A DNA stretch of 64,000 nt from Syncephalis fuscata S228 (taxonomy: Eukaryota; Fungi; Zoopagomycota): positions 496,001 through 560,000 of the forward strand of contig JAHLTZ010000009.1 of NCBI GenBank assembly GCA_025786725.1, written 5' to 3'. Under the pieces are notes generated by a model. It saw only the letters and a list, made by a program, of their open reading frames with translations. It searched no databases and was not told where the DNA came from. Below are positions 12,681 through 25,900 of the stretch, one piece after another. The translations under genes were made by a program, and so were the position numbers. Every line of letters starts with the position of its first letter. The first letter of the stretch is position 1.

Positions 12681-15600
12681 TCATTCAATAGGTTGTAGTG
12701 TAAGTGCAATTCGTTGTACAACTGGCTCGAGCCGCTTTCGGAATTCAAGGGATGTTGTTGAAATGCACTGCATGGTTGTTGATAGTGTTTGTAATCATTT
12801 AAGTAGAAGGGATATAAGGCGAGCAGATATAGATATACATATCCATATAGACATTAATGTGTCGTTAGTTTATTAGCTTGCTTGTTTGCCTTCCTTTACT
12901 TACCAAATTTGTTAAATTGATTTCGGCCGACACGTCATCAATAGCGATACGAATACGGGATGGATGTGATTTGATTTCAACATTGTCGAATTGTTCACGC
13001 AAAAAGGTTGCCCAGCCTGCCGTATCAATGCTATCTCCGCCGGATCGACGTGCCTTTGACGCAATAGCATTGAGGCCATTAGCAGCATCGGTGGCTTCTG
13101 CTTTTGCCTCCTTTTTAGCAGCGGCCAAGTCTGCATTTTCATCATCTTTAATTTCAGTCTTAATAGTCTGTTTTAAAGCTTCTTCTTCTTCCTTTTCTTC
13201 CGCTTCCTCCTTGACGTCCATCTCTGTAATGGAAGAGGCTTGAGGGGAAGAACAGCAGGATCCTGATTGGCCGGCCACTAAATGGTACATTAAAAAGGCG
13301 TTAGAACCGGTATGTGTTTTCCCAGTAGCGTACATTTAACTGAGGCCGGACTAGTATCGACAACACCCAATAAAAGGGCCACTATCGAGTCGGCAACCAT
13401 GTCATTAACTGGCGACGCAGCCCATTCGAGCGTCATAGTGCCAGAATCTGGACCGGGAATTAGATCGACGGCATTCATAATCTGCAACATCGATATAAAT
13501 GGTCAATAAGCAATAGAAAGATCATCGTCCTACTTACGGTATATTTGACGGTAGCCGGCTTTGACCAATCATTATTGGCTGATTCGAGATTCAGTCTAGA
13601 TTCATCAATGGCGCCGTACATTTGCTGCAGTTGATAGCGCACCAATGATAGAGTTGCACGACATGGAATGCTCATGCGTTGGCGGATTCTACTTGTCGAT
13701 AAACCACTAAACTCTTCCAGATCCCTCGATGCCATAATGCTGTACTGGTAGTCTTTTGCCACCATGACACCCGATATCAATTGGTCTTCAATAGGCATTT
13801 TTTCGGCCAATTTCCCTACCGTCTAGCATGGCAATAAACCATTAAATTGCCATATTAGTGTTTGATTCAGTGTGCTCCAATATCAGTAGTACCTTGGCAC
13901 GCTTTTCACCTCGAAAATGAAGCTGTACTGTCTCGCAGTTACGCGGCGTGTAGATGTTGACCGGCTTGTTGCGTTCTTTGTAGCGGCTTTCCATCGCATT
14001 GCGTAGTCGATGCATAGCATTTGCATCACCGTGGACCAATACCTAGTCGTAATTAGCTATACTCGTAATACCAACTTGCTATAGGTGACATACTAGATTT
14101 GGTGCATCAACCTCTTCAATAAACTGACTGTTTTGCGTAAAATCAACGTGAGCTGAAAAGGAAATGTAGTCGACCGACATGCGTAGTGGCAGCTTAGCGC
14201 CGGCCATTGATTGTATTTCAGACGGTTCACTAAGGATATGCTAATAACAATGTTAATAAGCTATTAGATGGTTATTAAATACAATTACCTTGGCCAATGT
14301 ACCATCGATCGAATAACCAGTAATAATAACACCATTTTTTGTATCTGGGCACCATCGTTCAAATAGCTCACGCGATAAGCCATTCTAGCAACAATAATTA
14401 TAATAAATAATATATTAAGACATATAGCTTATTAAATATAAACTACTATTTACCTGTAACATACCCGGACTGGCCATCATAACACACGGACCATTGTCGT
14501 CAAAATTATCCATATTACGTAAATTTGAGATATGTTTAAATACAAATGGATTCGATACAGTAAATTGTTTACGAATACGTTCATTCATGGTATTAATGAA
14601 TGTTTGATAGACAGCCATACACTTTTTCGCTAAAGATGATGCATAGTAAATGGGGATAGCATCAAGTTCAGGCCGCGATGACCAATATTCATCAAGAATC
14701 AATAATAACTCCTGAGCACGTCCAAGAGCAAACACCGGAATAAGACATCGACCACCTCTTTTTACAATATCATTGACCAAGGCTAGTCAAATTAAATAAA
14801 CAGATAATTATCTTTAATGTCAATTAAGTAATAGTATAATAGCTTACTTGTAAACCGCGCCTCACGTTCTAAACGTGGCTCATGACTTTGTACGCCATAA
14901 GTAGACTCACAAATAAGTACATCAGGAGTCACTGGTGGTTTTTCTGCTGCCATTAAATGTCGATCTTCCTCACGTGAATAATCTCCCGTATAAAATATCT
15001 ATTAAATTGTATTTATTATATTTAATAAAATCGCCGTATTCATTATTATCGTTGTTGTTGTTAATAACAACATCGTCATCTACCTTGACACCGGCAATTT
15101 CAATAAGAAACATCGCAGCACCCAAAACGTGTCCAGCATTAAAAGCCGTAAATTTAATTCCTTCCACTTCAGTCTCTTGATGGAAATCAACCGTTTCAAT
15201 CTTGTCGTAACTGAGCAATAATTCACGTTCATCAAACAACATATCTTCACGGGATACGTTACTATTATATATTATAATTAATATAATGATTTTTATACTA
15301 TTTAATTATAATATTTTACCTGACTTTTACGTAATCTGTCAACATCCATTTGTAGATTGCCTTAGTTGCATGGGTCATATACACTTTGCCTTGGAAATCC
15401 GTCTATTATTGTTTATTGAGTAAATACATAAATATATATGTATATTTAATAAATCTAACTATCAGCTTACCTTTTCCGTCAAGTATGGCAGACCGGCCGC
15501 ATGATCCAAATGAAAGCTATTAAATACATGACTCAATAATAGAAATACCCAATTATTTTATCTATCCACTTACTGAGTAACAAGACAAACATCAATAGTC

Positions 15601-15900
15601 GATAAATCAACCTCGTCAAAGAATGGAAGGCCAGCAATGCCGTCATAAGCTGGATGAATACCAACATCGAGCTGTTATGGATATTATTAATGGCTACAGT
15701 ACAATATAGTCTGTATCAATACATACCATTACTGTTTTATTTTTATACTGAACAACTAAACACGACCGTCCAACCTCGTTACCAGCACCAAGAGCCGTAA
15801 TCTGTAAAATATCCGATTCATCCATCACGGGTATTTCCATACTTGATTGTCGCTTAAGCGGAATAGCGTCCACGGGGACAGCATCAAAAGCCGATGCCAT
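12681..15900 (-). CDS. YSH1: mRNA 3'-end processing endoribonuclease CPSF73/Ysh1 (metallo-beta-lactamase/beta-CASP), multi-exon
   Basis: Motifs [11 protein letters not shown], spliced [69 protein letters not shown]. Confidence 0.95.
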
Positions 15901-16060
15901 ATTGACAACAACTACAACAACAATAACAATGTATGTAGAGAAAATAGAGATGAATAAAAGTAACGAATTACAACACGAATTCAACGTTTTCCTTAACTCT
16001 CACACTTGCTTTCGTCAGTTTTATTACTTATTTGTCACTACTCCGTTCATCTCTACCATC

Positions 16061-17463
16061 ATGACCGCTCGTCCCGGCACTAGCAAAGTGCTGCTTAAGC
16101 TCAAAAAGTCGGTAGAGGCCGGCGACTACTATGAAGCACATCAAATGTACCGCACTGTTTGTAATCGGTAGGTATTGACGTAGCAGTATTGTATATAGCA
16201 TTGAGTGTTTATTAATAAAGCAACTATAATAGACATGTAAAGGGCAAACATACGATAAGGCTATTGAGCTACTATCTTCAGGAGCAAATACGCTGTTAGA
16301 CCATGAACAATATAGTAGTGGATTAGATTTGTCGTTATATTTATTAGATATTTACATGCAAGCCTCCACGCCTGTAACTAAAGATACACTGGGTAAGTTA
16401 TAGTAACAGTTATTCAAATTGCTATGTTGATTGGTATTGATTTAATATGAAATATAACAGCTCTAGTTACTGGTCTTATTGGTAAAATCCCACCCAAGAT
16501 TAAAGCACGTAAACAATTGATGGCTGTGGCTATTCAGTAGGTTGAGTATATATTTATATTTACCACTATTTAACACAAAGATAGATGGACTGTAAAGAGT
16601 GGAGATGGTTCCAATGGCAATCTTGAACTACACGATTACATTGGCTGCTTGTATAGAAAAGGTATTCGATTTAATAACACTAATCATTATAACTAATGAC
16701 TATTATTAGAAAGCAACTATGCCGAAGCAGAAAAACACTTTTTTTTAGGTACTGATGGTAGTGCTGCTGCTTGGGGCGATATGTTGTACGAGGGATCGGT
16801 AGGAACAAGCGATATAACGCGCGGTCGATACATTGCCCGTCCAGTTCTTCAGTCAGTAGTGTAGTAGTATTGAGTATATGGGTGGTAGCTTATTAAAGCA
16901 TACTTTCTACCTTATAGATATCTTTGTGAGAAGAATTTAGGTGGGGCACGTGCGGCACTTACTGCATTCCAAAAACGACTTAAATCTGAAGATGCTACAA
17001 CTTACATTGTAGCTACTGCATCATTTGGTGTACCGCCTGTAGAAACGCCCGATGTATTCGACGATGATGCCATGGAAGCCGTACTTTCAAGCAATACATC
17101 AAATGAACCAGCTGTACCTGTCGATATTTACCGTCCACCACTTGTTAACTTTTGTCAAGCACTAATTTTTCTAGTTGAACGAGATGCACGTGATCTATTT
17201 ACCATGCTACGTAATCGTTATCGAGCTGAATTAAAAGAAGAAAATGCATTTGATGAGGTATGATTAATATTTAATGGTTGTTTTATTTATATAAATATAT
17301 AAACATACACTAATAACAACACTAGCTACTCGACTGTATTGGTAAAGACTATTTTGGTATTGCCCTACCATCATCTGGTAATAATCAAGCAAATATGATG
17401 CAGCAAATGTTACAAAACATGTTAATGGGCGGTGCCGGTGTCCGACCATTAGGCAATCGTTAG
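16061..17463 (+). CDS. GET4: Golgi to ER traffic protein 4 (GET pathway), multi-exon
   Basis: N-terminal GDYYEAHQMYRTV, PLVNFCQ, C-terminal IGKDYFGI...MMQQMLQNMLMG. One apparent missing A near 16240. Confidence 0.85.
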
Positions 17464-17546
17464 AAATAAATGAATTGAATTGATCATTAATATACGTATT
17501 TTATATGGTTAATTTTTATTATTATTATTAATATTTAATACAACAA

Positions 17547-17933
17547 TTACAAAAATATGCCTTCTGTGTCTTCGTTATTATCTGTTGTAGTTGTAGTATT
17601 GTTAGATTCTGTACTTCTTGTAATATCTTCAATTAATTCTTCTTCCATCTTTGTTGCTGGTTCGCCTCGTTCTCGTAGCACGCGTATGAATATCATAGCA
17701 TTATCAAACTTTCGTAAAATAACACCTTCGTTTTCTTCAATTGTATCGCTAAAAAGCTTTAATTCTTCAGCATCTTGCTCGGCCACTGGCTGTTTCTGTT
17801 GCTCGACAATAAGTTCGGCCAGTTCACAATTCGTACGACGAAGATGCGCAACAGAGTTTTGTACGGCCGCTAACTCACCTCGCACTGCATCTGAGGGAAG
17901 ATTACGCGCTGCATTAAGCAATGACGTTGTCAT
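17547..17933 (-). CDS. Small coiled-coil hypothetical protein (~128 aa, ends EGIFL)
   Basis: Single ORF with coding-like composition, HLRRTNCEL...IEENEGVI pattern and acidic tail; convergent with GET4. Confidence 0.65.
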   Translation of the reverse strand: MTTSLLNAARNLPSDAVRGELAAVQNSVAHLRRTNCELAELIVEQQKQPVAEQDAEELKLFSDTIEENEGVILRKFDNAMIFIRVLRERGEPATKMEEELIEDITRSTESNNTTTTTDNNEDTEGIFL

Positions 17934-18588
17934 GATGTGGTAAATAAAACACAAAAAAACTACAACTATTGTTCGTTAATGTCGCCTCTTCTCTCTTTGT
18001 GATAACCGCAAAAAAACAAAATAAAATAATTCAAAGCATGGCTGATATTTACGTTAATCCCCCAGGGCAATAAATCATTTTACGCAATCGACCATAATAA
18101 TTCGATTAATTGATTTGTGTTTAAATGATCATTTATAATAAATATTAATAAATGTAATAACATTATTATTTCCATAAAACAGAATTAAATGTAGCAAAAC
18201 ATTGTATTAGTAATACTATTATACATTTAAATAAAACTTACATTTGCTATCCAAACAGTCTCCTAAGAGCCTGAATCCGCCCCAAAAAAGTCACACTTAT
18301 TGTGCCATATAATATGACAAGTAAATTTATAAGAATGGTTGCATATTTTTATTTAAAAGTTGTTAATCTCTGTTGTGTTTTAAATTTTGTATAAAACTAT
18401 GTTGTGGTCTATTGTATTGTAATAACAATAGATCACTATTTAGCTAATTTGTTTTGTATTACTTTAGCAGCTATATAAGCTGTGTGTTTTTTGTATTTGT
18501 AATAAGGTGATCAGTTTTGTTAAGAATACTAAAGAAACATAGCCTATATGGCTACTAGAGTAATACAGTAGATTGTGTCATTATGGTT

Positions 18589-18670
18589 GGTTCTATATAC
18601 AAGGGTAGTTTAAAAATGGTATATATACAAGGCGTAGTTTAGAATAGGTATGTTTACAAGTATTTTATTT
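18589..18670. repeat. Degenerate 29-bp tandem repeat (about 3 units)
   Basis: ggttctatatacaagggtagttt / ggtatatatacaaggcgtagttt / ggtatgtttacaag. Confidence 0.6.
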
Positions 18671-20277
18671 AAAATTCAATAAATACTGTTGCTTATATAC
18701 TAAATCTAATGCTTACAAGTTTAGTTGTCAATTATAATACCATGTTCTACGATAATGACATTTGTTTATGCATTAATATTCATCCTTCTTATTTTACCAG
18801 TGACATTGTTCTATGAATATATTTGGATTTATTGTTTGTTATCTATTTTTCTTATTACACTCATTGTTTTACTGATAACATTGTTCTATGAATATATTTG
18901 CTTCTATGCTATTAATTTTATTTTTTATTTTATTTTACCACTTAAGCAATTCCCTTATCTGTATTTCAATTTTTTCACTCTTTTTATGTACAATGTGATT
19001 CACTTTATGACTTGTATATATTACATTATTTATTAATTAAATAAAATATGTAAATCTTAATATTCTTATTAACTATTTAATGTTTGTTTGGTGGTCAAAT
19101 GACTACATTTAACAATATTTACACTTTAAATTAAACTTTCTTTCTATTGAACATGAAACTAGGAGTAATTCACATCAGGGTCCAAAATACTCATCATCAT
19201 AGATTTATTATCCAATATGCATATACTCAGTACACATATATTCTATTCACGCATATCATTCCATTTTATCCCACGCTACTATATAACATTCTACGATATA
19301 CTAGATACATTCTATTGTTTATATGTATCAATACACTGTACTTATTCCACTCATTACATTATACACACTATAACGTTAACATCATTTTATGTATCATTCT
19401 ATACTTGCATAGTCTTTTTGTATTCAAAACTGTTTTTGTTTTGTTCTAGCTTTATTATTAATAAATCTCAGCTAATTCCGCTCATTGATCATGCATATAT
19501 GCTCATTAACTTTAACATAACTAATCGTCATTTCACACCGTATATTTTTATATTGCATATTATTTTATTGTCTAGTATATACGCATTAGCTATTGCAGTT
19601 GTCCGTTCAGTTCTAGCTTTAATATTAAAAAAGTTCGACTAATGTCAATCATCTCGTTCATTAGGCTAATGCTCAATAACTTGAATATTGCTAATCTCGT
19701 TCAATATTGCCTATTCATTATAATGCTTATCATTTTATTATATATTGGCTATACGCTGTCTATAACCGTTGTCGGTATGATTCCAGCTTTTTTATTAATA
19801 AATATTGAAATATCGCACTTAGTTTGTTCACTGAATTATATTGATAGAACATATAATATGAGTGTGAACGAATTATGTTTTATTAGATTATTTATAAATA
19901 AATTAGATCATGTCAATTAGTTATGGTTTAATGTTAATCAAGCAAAGTGATGGGTATACATAGTAATAACACATACTGTGATGATATATGTATACTGGAT
20001 AATAACTTTACAATGATGAGTGTTTGATGATTGATGTCACTCACCGCCCATCATCATGTTCAATAAATTGCATATTATTAAATATTAGTCATTTGGTACT
20101 CAAACCATACTAAATAGCAATAAATTAATTAATTGTATAATAGTGTTAAATGACACACAATATTTTATATGATGATGCAGTTTATTTAACTCAATTAACA
20201 AGTACTAAAAGTTAAAAGCTAAAAATGAAATAATACATAGTATGTATATATTAGCGCAACAACAACGACTGCGGAAT

Positions 20278-20651
20278 GATATGGAATCAAGCATATCGCT
20301 TCTATTAATATTCAATTAATCTTCTACACATAGCCAACAACGATCGGTCTTAAATGTTTCAAAAAATCAAATGATATGTTACACTATTTATTGAAAAGTT
20401 ATGGTTGCATTTTACTTTGCTCCACCTCTGTCCCCAAAGCACAATTTGTTTCAATCAGAGTCATGCCGTTATGATGTACAACATAGTTATATTACTTTTA
20501 TTAAAATACTATTAATAAATTGATTTAATTAAATAATGTAACATACCATTTGATTTCTCTGAAACATTTGAGATTGATTATTATTGTTGTTGGCTATGTG
20601 TAGAAAGATTGATCGAATATTAATAAAAGTCATTGATTGCGATTCCATGTC
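20278..20651. repeat. Imperfect inverted repeat (fold-back or MITE-like), ~120-bp arms and ~130-bp spacer
   Basis: ttctacacatagccaacaac...aaatgtttc...aaatcaaatgatatgttaca (20320-20383) is mirrored by tgtaacataccatttgattt...gaaacattt...gttgttggctatgtgtagaa (20537-20605). Confidence 0.8.
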
Positions 20652-21162
20652 GTTGCTCATTACTTTTGTTACCTGTTTGTCATACTGCACATCAAACTGT
20701 TATATGATTTATTTCTTTTCTATTTTGTTTCTGTTTACTTGAACCACATTTGCATATTATAATAATCATATTCAATGATTGCAATTATTTTATTCTTTTT
20801 ATACTTGTAGATCATTTCAACAAAAATATTTAAGAATTCAGTTTAAAAAGCCTTTTATTTTATTGAATGTTATTTCAACTTCAACTAATACCGTAATGTG
20901 CATATTTAATTAAATTATTGCATTGGTTCATTGAATATTATTAGTATTATATATTGTTGTATGTTGTCATTGGCACTTTTATTAATATAAGTATTTCTGA
21001 TAACTATAATAATGTATATAAATAGTTTATATTTAAATAATATTATTGTTTAGTTTCCAAATGCAAATGCTGTATTGCCAAATGGAGTCATTGGTTGTTG
21101 ATCTCTCATCATAGAAAATCTGAATCGAATTGTATACAGGTGAGACGAATCCGTTTCTCGGC

Positions 21163-21174
21163 ATATATAAATAA
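21163..21174 (+). promoter_or_regulatory. Probable TATA box of INO1
   Basis: atatataaataa immediately before a ~400-nt pyrimidine-rich, AUG-free leader. Confidence 0.45.
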
Positions 21175-21388
21175 CGACAATTTTCACTAACGTCGTCGCG
21201 CCTATTTCTTCTTCATCTACTTGCTTTCGACTCTTGCTTGCTTCTACTTGCTCATCTACTTGCTACTTGCGCACTTTCTGCCATCGTTCGAGTTCTTTAT
21301 TCCTCTCATTTGCTAGTTACCTTGCTTTATCAACCTTTGGTTGTTCTCATTAGTCCTTTAAGCCCGCGCGAGCCGGGCTTCTTTCAAA

Positions 21389-21469
21389 ACGTTCGCCAAT
21401 CTCCTTTCTTCGGTTCATAATCCGTACCGGGGCTATAAGAGACTTGGCGCAAAGACCAAGCCTAAATAG
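21389..21469 (+). promoter_or_regulatory. Candidate ACG-initiated uORF in INO1 leader (MFANLLSSVHNPYRGYKRLGAKTKPK*)
   Basis: TTCAAA-ACG is near-optimal fungal initiation context. 26 codons then TAG, 116 nt before the INO1 ATG. Confidence 0.6.
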
Positions 21470-21585
21470 TACCCGCTAGTGCTTTAGCTTTCTACTGATT
21501 GAATAGTTCATTCTCGTGTTTTTACTGTTGCTGCTACCTACTACTTACTACCACTACTCTCCTTTACTGATTTCCTTCTTTCGCT

Positions 21586-23239
21586 ATGCCTCCTATTAAT
21601 TCCTCTAACAATACCGATGGCCGGGCCACAGGCACTGACGCGCTCAAGTTCAAAGTGAACGCGCAGAACGTCGAATACAATGACGACCATATTCTGGCCA
21701 AGTATACCTACCAGAACACTGCTATCACTCAAGATGCCCATGGCAACGTTCAAGCAACGCCGACCAACACGATCTATCATTTCAAGACCGATGCTCGTCT
21801 ACCTAAAGTTGGGTAAGTTATAAGGAGCGATGTTTACTTTATTTGAATATATGCTAATCAGATCTTTGTTTATGTAATCTAGTTTAATGATGGTTGGTTG
21901 GGGCGGTAATAATGGCTCTACTTTAACGGCCAGTATTCTGGCCAATCGTCGTAACGTCCAATGGCGTACCAAGGAAGGTGTTCGTTCACCCAACTACTAC
22001 GGTTCATTGGTGCAAGCTTCTACGTTGAAATTGGGTGTTGACGCGGCGGGCAAGGACGTGTTTATTCCATTCCGTGACATTCTGCCCATGGTTCATCCTA
22101 ACGATCTTGTACTCGGTGGCTGGGATATTAACTCGGCAAACTTGGCCGAGGCAATGGAACGTGCCCAAGTGCTTGACTATGATTTACAGCGCCAATTACG
22201 TGATGAATTGTCAAGTTACACGCCACTGCCCTCCATCTATTATCCAGACTTTATCGCTGCCAATCAATCGGATCGTGCCAATAATGTACTTACTGGTACC
22301 AAGACTGAAAATTTGGCCCAAATTCGTGCTGATATCCGTACTTTCCGCGAAAAGAATGAACTTGATCGAGTGATTGTTATCTGGACGGCCAATACTGAAC
22401 GATTTGCCAGCATTTTGCCAGGTGTTAATGATACGGCTGATAATCTATTAAGTGCCGTTGAAGCTGGTCATGAGGAAATTGCACCATCTAGCATTTTCGC
22501 ATTAGCATCTATTCTTGAAGGTGTGCCATTTATCAATGGTAGTCCACAGAACACGTTTGTTCCAGGTGTCATTGAACTTGCTGAAAAGCATCGCGTCTAT
22601 ATTGGTGGCGATGACTTTAAGAGTGGCCAAACAAAGGTTAAATCGGTACTTGTTGACTTTTTGGTTAATGCTGGTATTAAGCCTATTGGCATTACTAGCT
22701 ACAATCACTTGGGTAACAACGACGGTAAGAACTTGTCAGCCCCGCAACAGTTCCGTTCAAAGGAGATTTCAAAATCGAACGTTGTTGACGATATGGTTGC
22801 TGCCAATCATCTACTCTATAAGAAGAATGAACATCCCGACCACGTGGTCGTTATCAAGTATGTGCCGTCTGTTGGCGACTCAAAGCGTGCACTTGATGAG
22901 TATGTTAGCGAGATCTTTATGGGTGGCCGCAATACCATCTCGCTTTATAATACGTGCGAAGACTCTTTACTAGCTTCGCCATTAATTATCGATCTTGTCG
23001 TAGTGACTGAGCTTATGACACGTATCCAGTACCGTACCGAGGATATGGAAAACTATGCACCATTTCACTCGGTGCTTTCCATTCTTTCCTACATGCTAAA
23101 GGCCCCTATGGTGCCCGATGGTACACCCGTCGTTAACGCGCTTAGTAAGCAGCGTACGGCAATGGAGAATGTATTCCGTGCTTGTGTTGGTTTACCACCA
23201 CAAAACGATATGCTTTTGGAGCATAAGGCCTTCCATTAG
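21586..23239 (+). CDS. INO1: myo-Inositol-1(3)-phosphate synthase
   Basis: Signature motifs [45 protein letters not shown]. Intron 21813-21882. Confidence 0.97.
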
Positions 23240-23330
23240 CCCAAATAGTAACAGGCTATTAGAGAAGAGCAGTCAGTCATATTATTTTAGATAGTCTTTT
23301 GTTCTATTTAAAGTTAATAAGGCCTTGCTG

Positions 23331-23357
23331 TTACTACTACTACTACTACTACTACTA
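23331..23357. repeat. (TAC)n microsatellite in INO1 3' region
   Basis: tactactac repeated about 8 times. Confidence 0.8.
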
Positions 23358-23612
23358 ACAATGATGACGGCAATTACTTGTCGGTAATGATGTATACGGC
23401 GTGTGTATGTTTATCTATCGATGTTGTTATAATAAACGTGCAATTTATTAATGATTTAATAGTATTTTTAATGTTTTGTATCTATGGTTTATTAGTAAAA
23501 TAATTACATATTTCTCTACTTAAATATACACTAATTTAATATTATGTTTTCTACTATAAAGCTGCACTCCTAATAAGCTATATGAATACAATACATCCAC
23601 GTATCATTTTAT

Positions 23613-24585
23613 TTAATTTGCAGTGGCAATTTGCGACAAGTGAAGTATATGATTAGTTTTAGGACGATATCCGGAGTTATCATTATTTCTCATTTTTTGA
23701 CAGTGGCTAATCAATATCGTTGCAACAATCATCCTATAAATAAATTAGATATATGTATACAATTAATTGCTAATGCCTACCAGTCGATGGGAAAAAGTAC
23801 ATCAAGATTAGCATTGCCAATACGACTAACTATAATAATGCAGCAACCAAGATTTGTTAATAATGCCAGACATATTGTTTGTATTCCATCCCGTGCTAGT
23901 TGTTTCCATGCATCAGATCCAAATAGGCGATATTGATTTAAAGCAATACGGCAGAATATGATCGAGGAAAATACGTTGATGGGTGCATTTACTCCAATCC
24001 AATACCAAAGCAGAATGGGTGGATAGTACATAGCACAGCCGAGTTTAACTTTAAAGTAAAAAAGCAATAGTGTATCAAAATAAAAGCATAGCCTATTTGA
24101 GGCAATATAAAAATAATACCAATACAAGTAATCCACTTTTTTTGATAGAGAACCAAATGAACTTTTAAAAGAAGAATCGAGCTATTAAAAACCATTCCTA
24201 TAGAAGTAAAAAACCCGACACCATACTATCATTCTGCAATTAATGGCAAAACCTATCAACATGAATGTTTGCATTATACTAAGTATAGTGCCAGTAACAG
24301 CAAGCATTGAACAAAACCATGAGAGTAGTTTACGCGGTCGCGATATAATCATTTTGGTAGTTATAACAAATTGTGTGCAAAAATATAAAGCATTATAACA
24401 GAGGATATAAATTGGATTTGTATAACTACTAAACGAAGACGCTGCTCGTCAATATGACCTGTAGCTTCCACCAAAAAATCAGGCACGCTTATTTCACCAA
24501 GTGGATTGAGCGGAATACCCCATTGCTTTGTAGCATTATGTCTCCATTCAGTTTGTGTTGGATCGGTATAATTAATAAACGGCAT
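23613..24585 (-). pseudogene. Orphan 7-TM family subtype B, copy B2 (several frameshifts)
   Basis: MPFINYTDPTQTEWRH start. Homology continues across separate ORFs (24361, 23989, 23777). Same intron position; exon 2 ends SQIATAN-TAA. Confidence 0.7.
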
Positions 24586-25900
24586 TTGCGGGTTTGTAAA
24601 TAATATGGTAGTGGTGTATAAATGGCTAGGTAATAGAGATACAGTCGCATAAATTTAAATGTTTCATAGTGAGATATTTGGGACAAAAAGCATTACCAGT
24701 TTTATTCCTTGTGCATGTTAACTGATGCAGTACACGGGTGTTCAGTCAAGTATGTACACGACATCAACTGCAGCACTACACATCATCTAAAGCTGGCTGC
24801 AATCACAAGTTGAACAAAATAACATTGATAGTTTATTAAACTTAAAATAATATTGTATTATAGCAATTTTAAAAAAAATTGATAAATAATAGATAAAAAG
24901 TATTAAATCTTTGTAATTTTTTTATTTAACAACACAGTAGTGGCATATCTGACCAAATCATGCAGCTTGGGCCGTTTTATGCAATACTCCGTTTTAGCCA
25001 TTGAATACCAATAATTGAAACAGTTTGCCTGAGTTCTTGGTTAATGATAGGTGATTTCTATGCTTAAACATACACATGCATCTAGCAAGGATGTGATTAG
25101 AAAAATCTTGAAACGTACTATCATTGAAGACGTTTACATTGTTAGAATTACCAAAACTAATTCAAATGAATACTTTGTAAACAAGTACTATACTATTGTG
25201 CATGTTCATTTATTTACGTTTAATATAAAGCAAAAATAAAGCTCAATGCCTGCTATGCTAAAGACGTTGTCTATTGACTAGAATGTGTGCTAATTGTAAC
25301 TATTTCGCAACAGCATCAGTTACTCAATACGATTGTCATAATTGATATGCTTTGTCTAGCCTTTCATACTAGTCACACTGGCTTTTTATCTTAAAAACTG
25401 GCCATTCACTTTAGTGGAACTGACCTTTTTTGTGGTATTTATAGCCATCCGATAACCAACATCCATATAGCACAGAATGACTAATTAACTGCGTAGTTAT
25501 ATTATGATTTAATCAAAAACTAATGGTTTTACATGGTCAGTTTTAGTAGCCACAAATGCCATTGCAACTTAGTATAATTCAGCGATCCGTTGAGGCCTTT
25601 ACTTTTAGTGGTGCGCAGCTGGCTATTCTTCTGTCATGTGGCTCGTGAACAGGTTTCATATACATACAGCTATTCACTTCAGTATTATCATGGCATAGGC
25701 GACAATTTCAAGATGCATAACAGGTTTATGCCAATAGATAATTGAATTGTCCATATTATAGCCAACACTTGATGACCACAAGGCGTGCTTCTTAGCTGTA
25801 TCCACACTTTTTTAATTACTCAGCCAAAGTTTTTATTAACACACACTAGCACATTCATTACTGTATATTGTATTATTAATATCTATAATATTCATACATA

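Noticed and set aside
18725-19920. Hydrophobic ORFs 18725, 19147, 19217 and 19642 as membrane proteins
   Set aside because: I/F/Y/L-rich translations are expected from T-rich DNA; the ORFs overlap and show no motifs.
21238-21420. 60-aa TTG-started ORF as the INO1 uORF
   Set aside because: Poor start context and a Leu-rich product of the pyrimidine tract. The ACG frame at 21389 has far better context, though this frame is not formally excluded.
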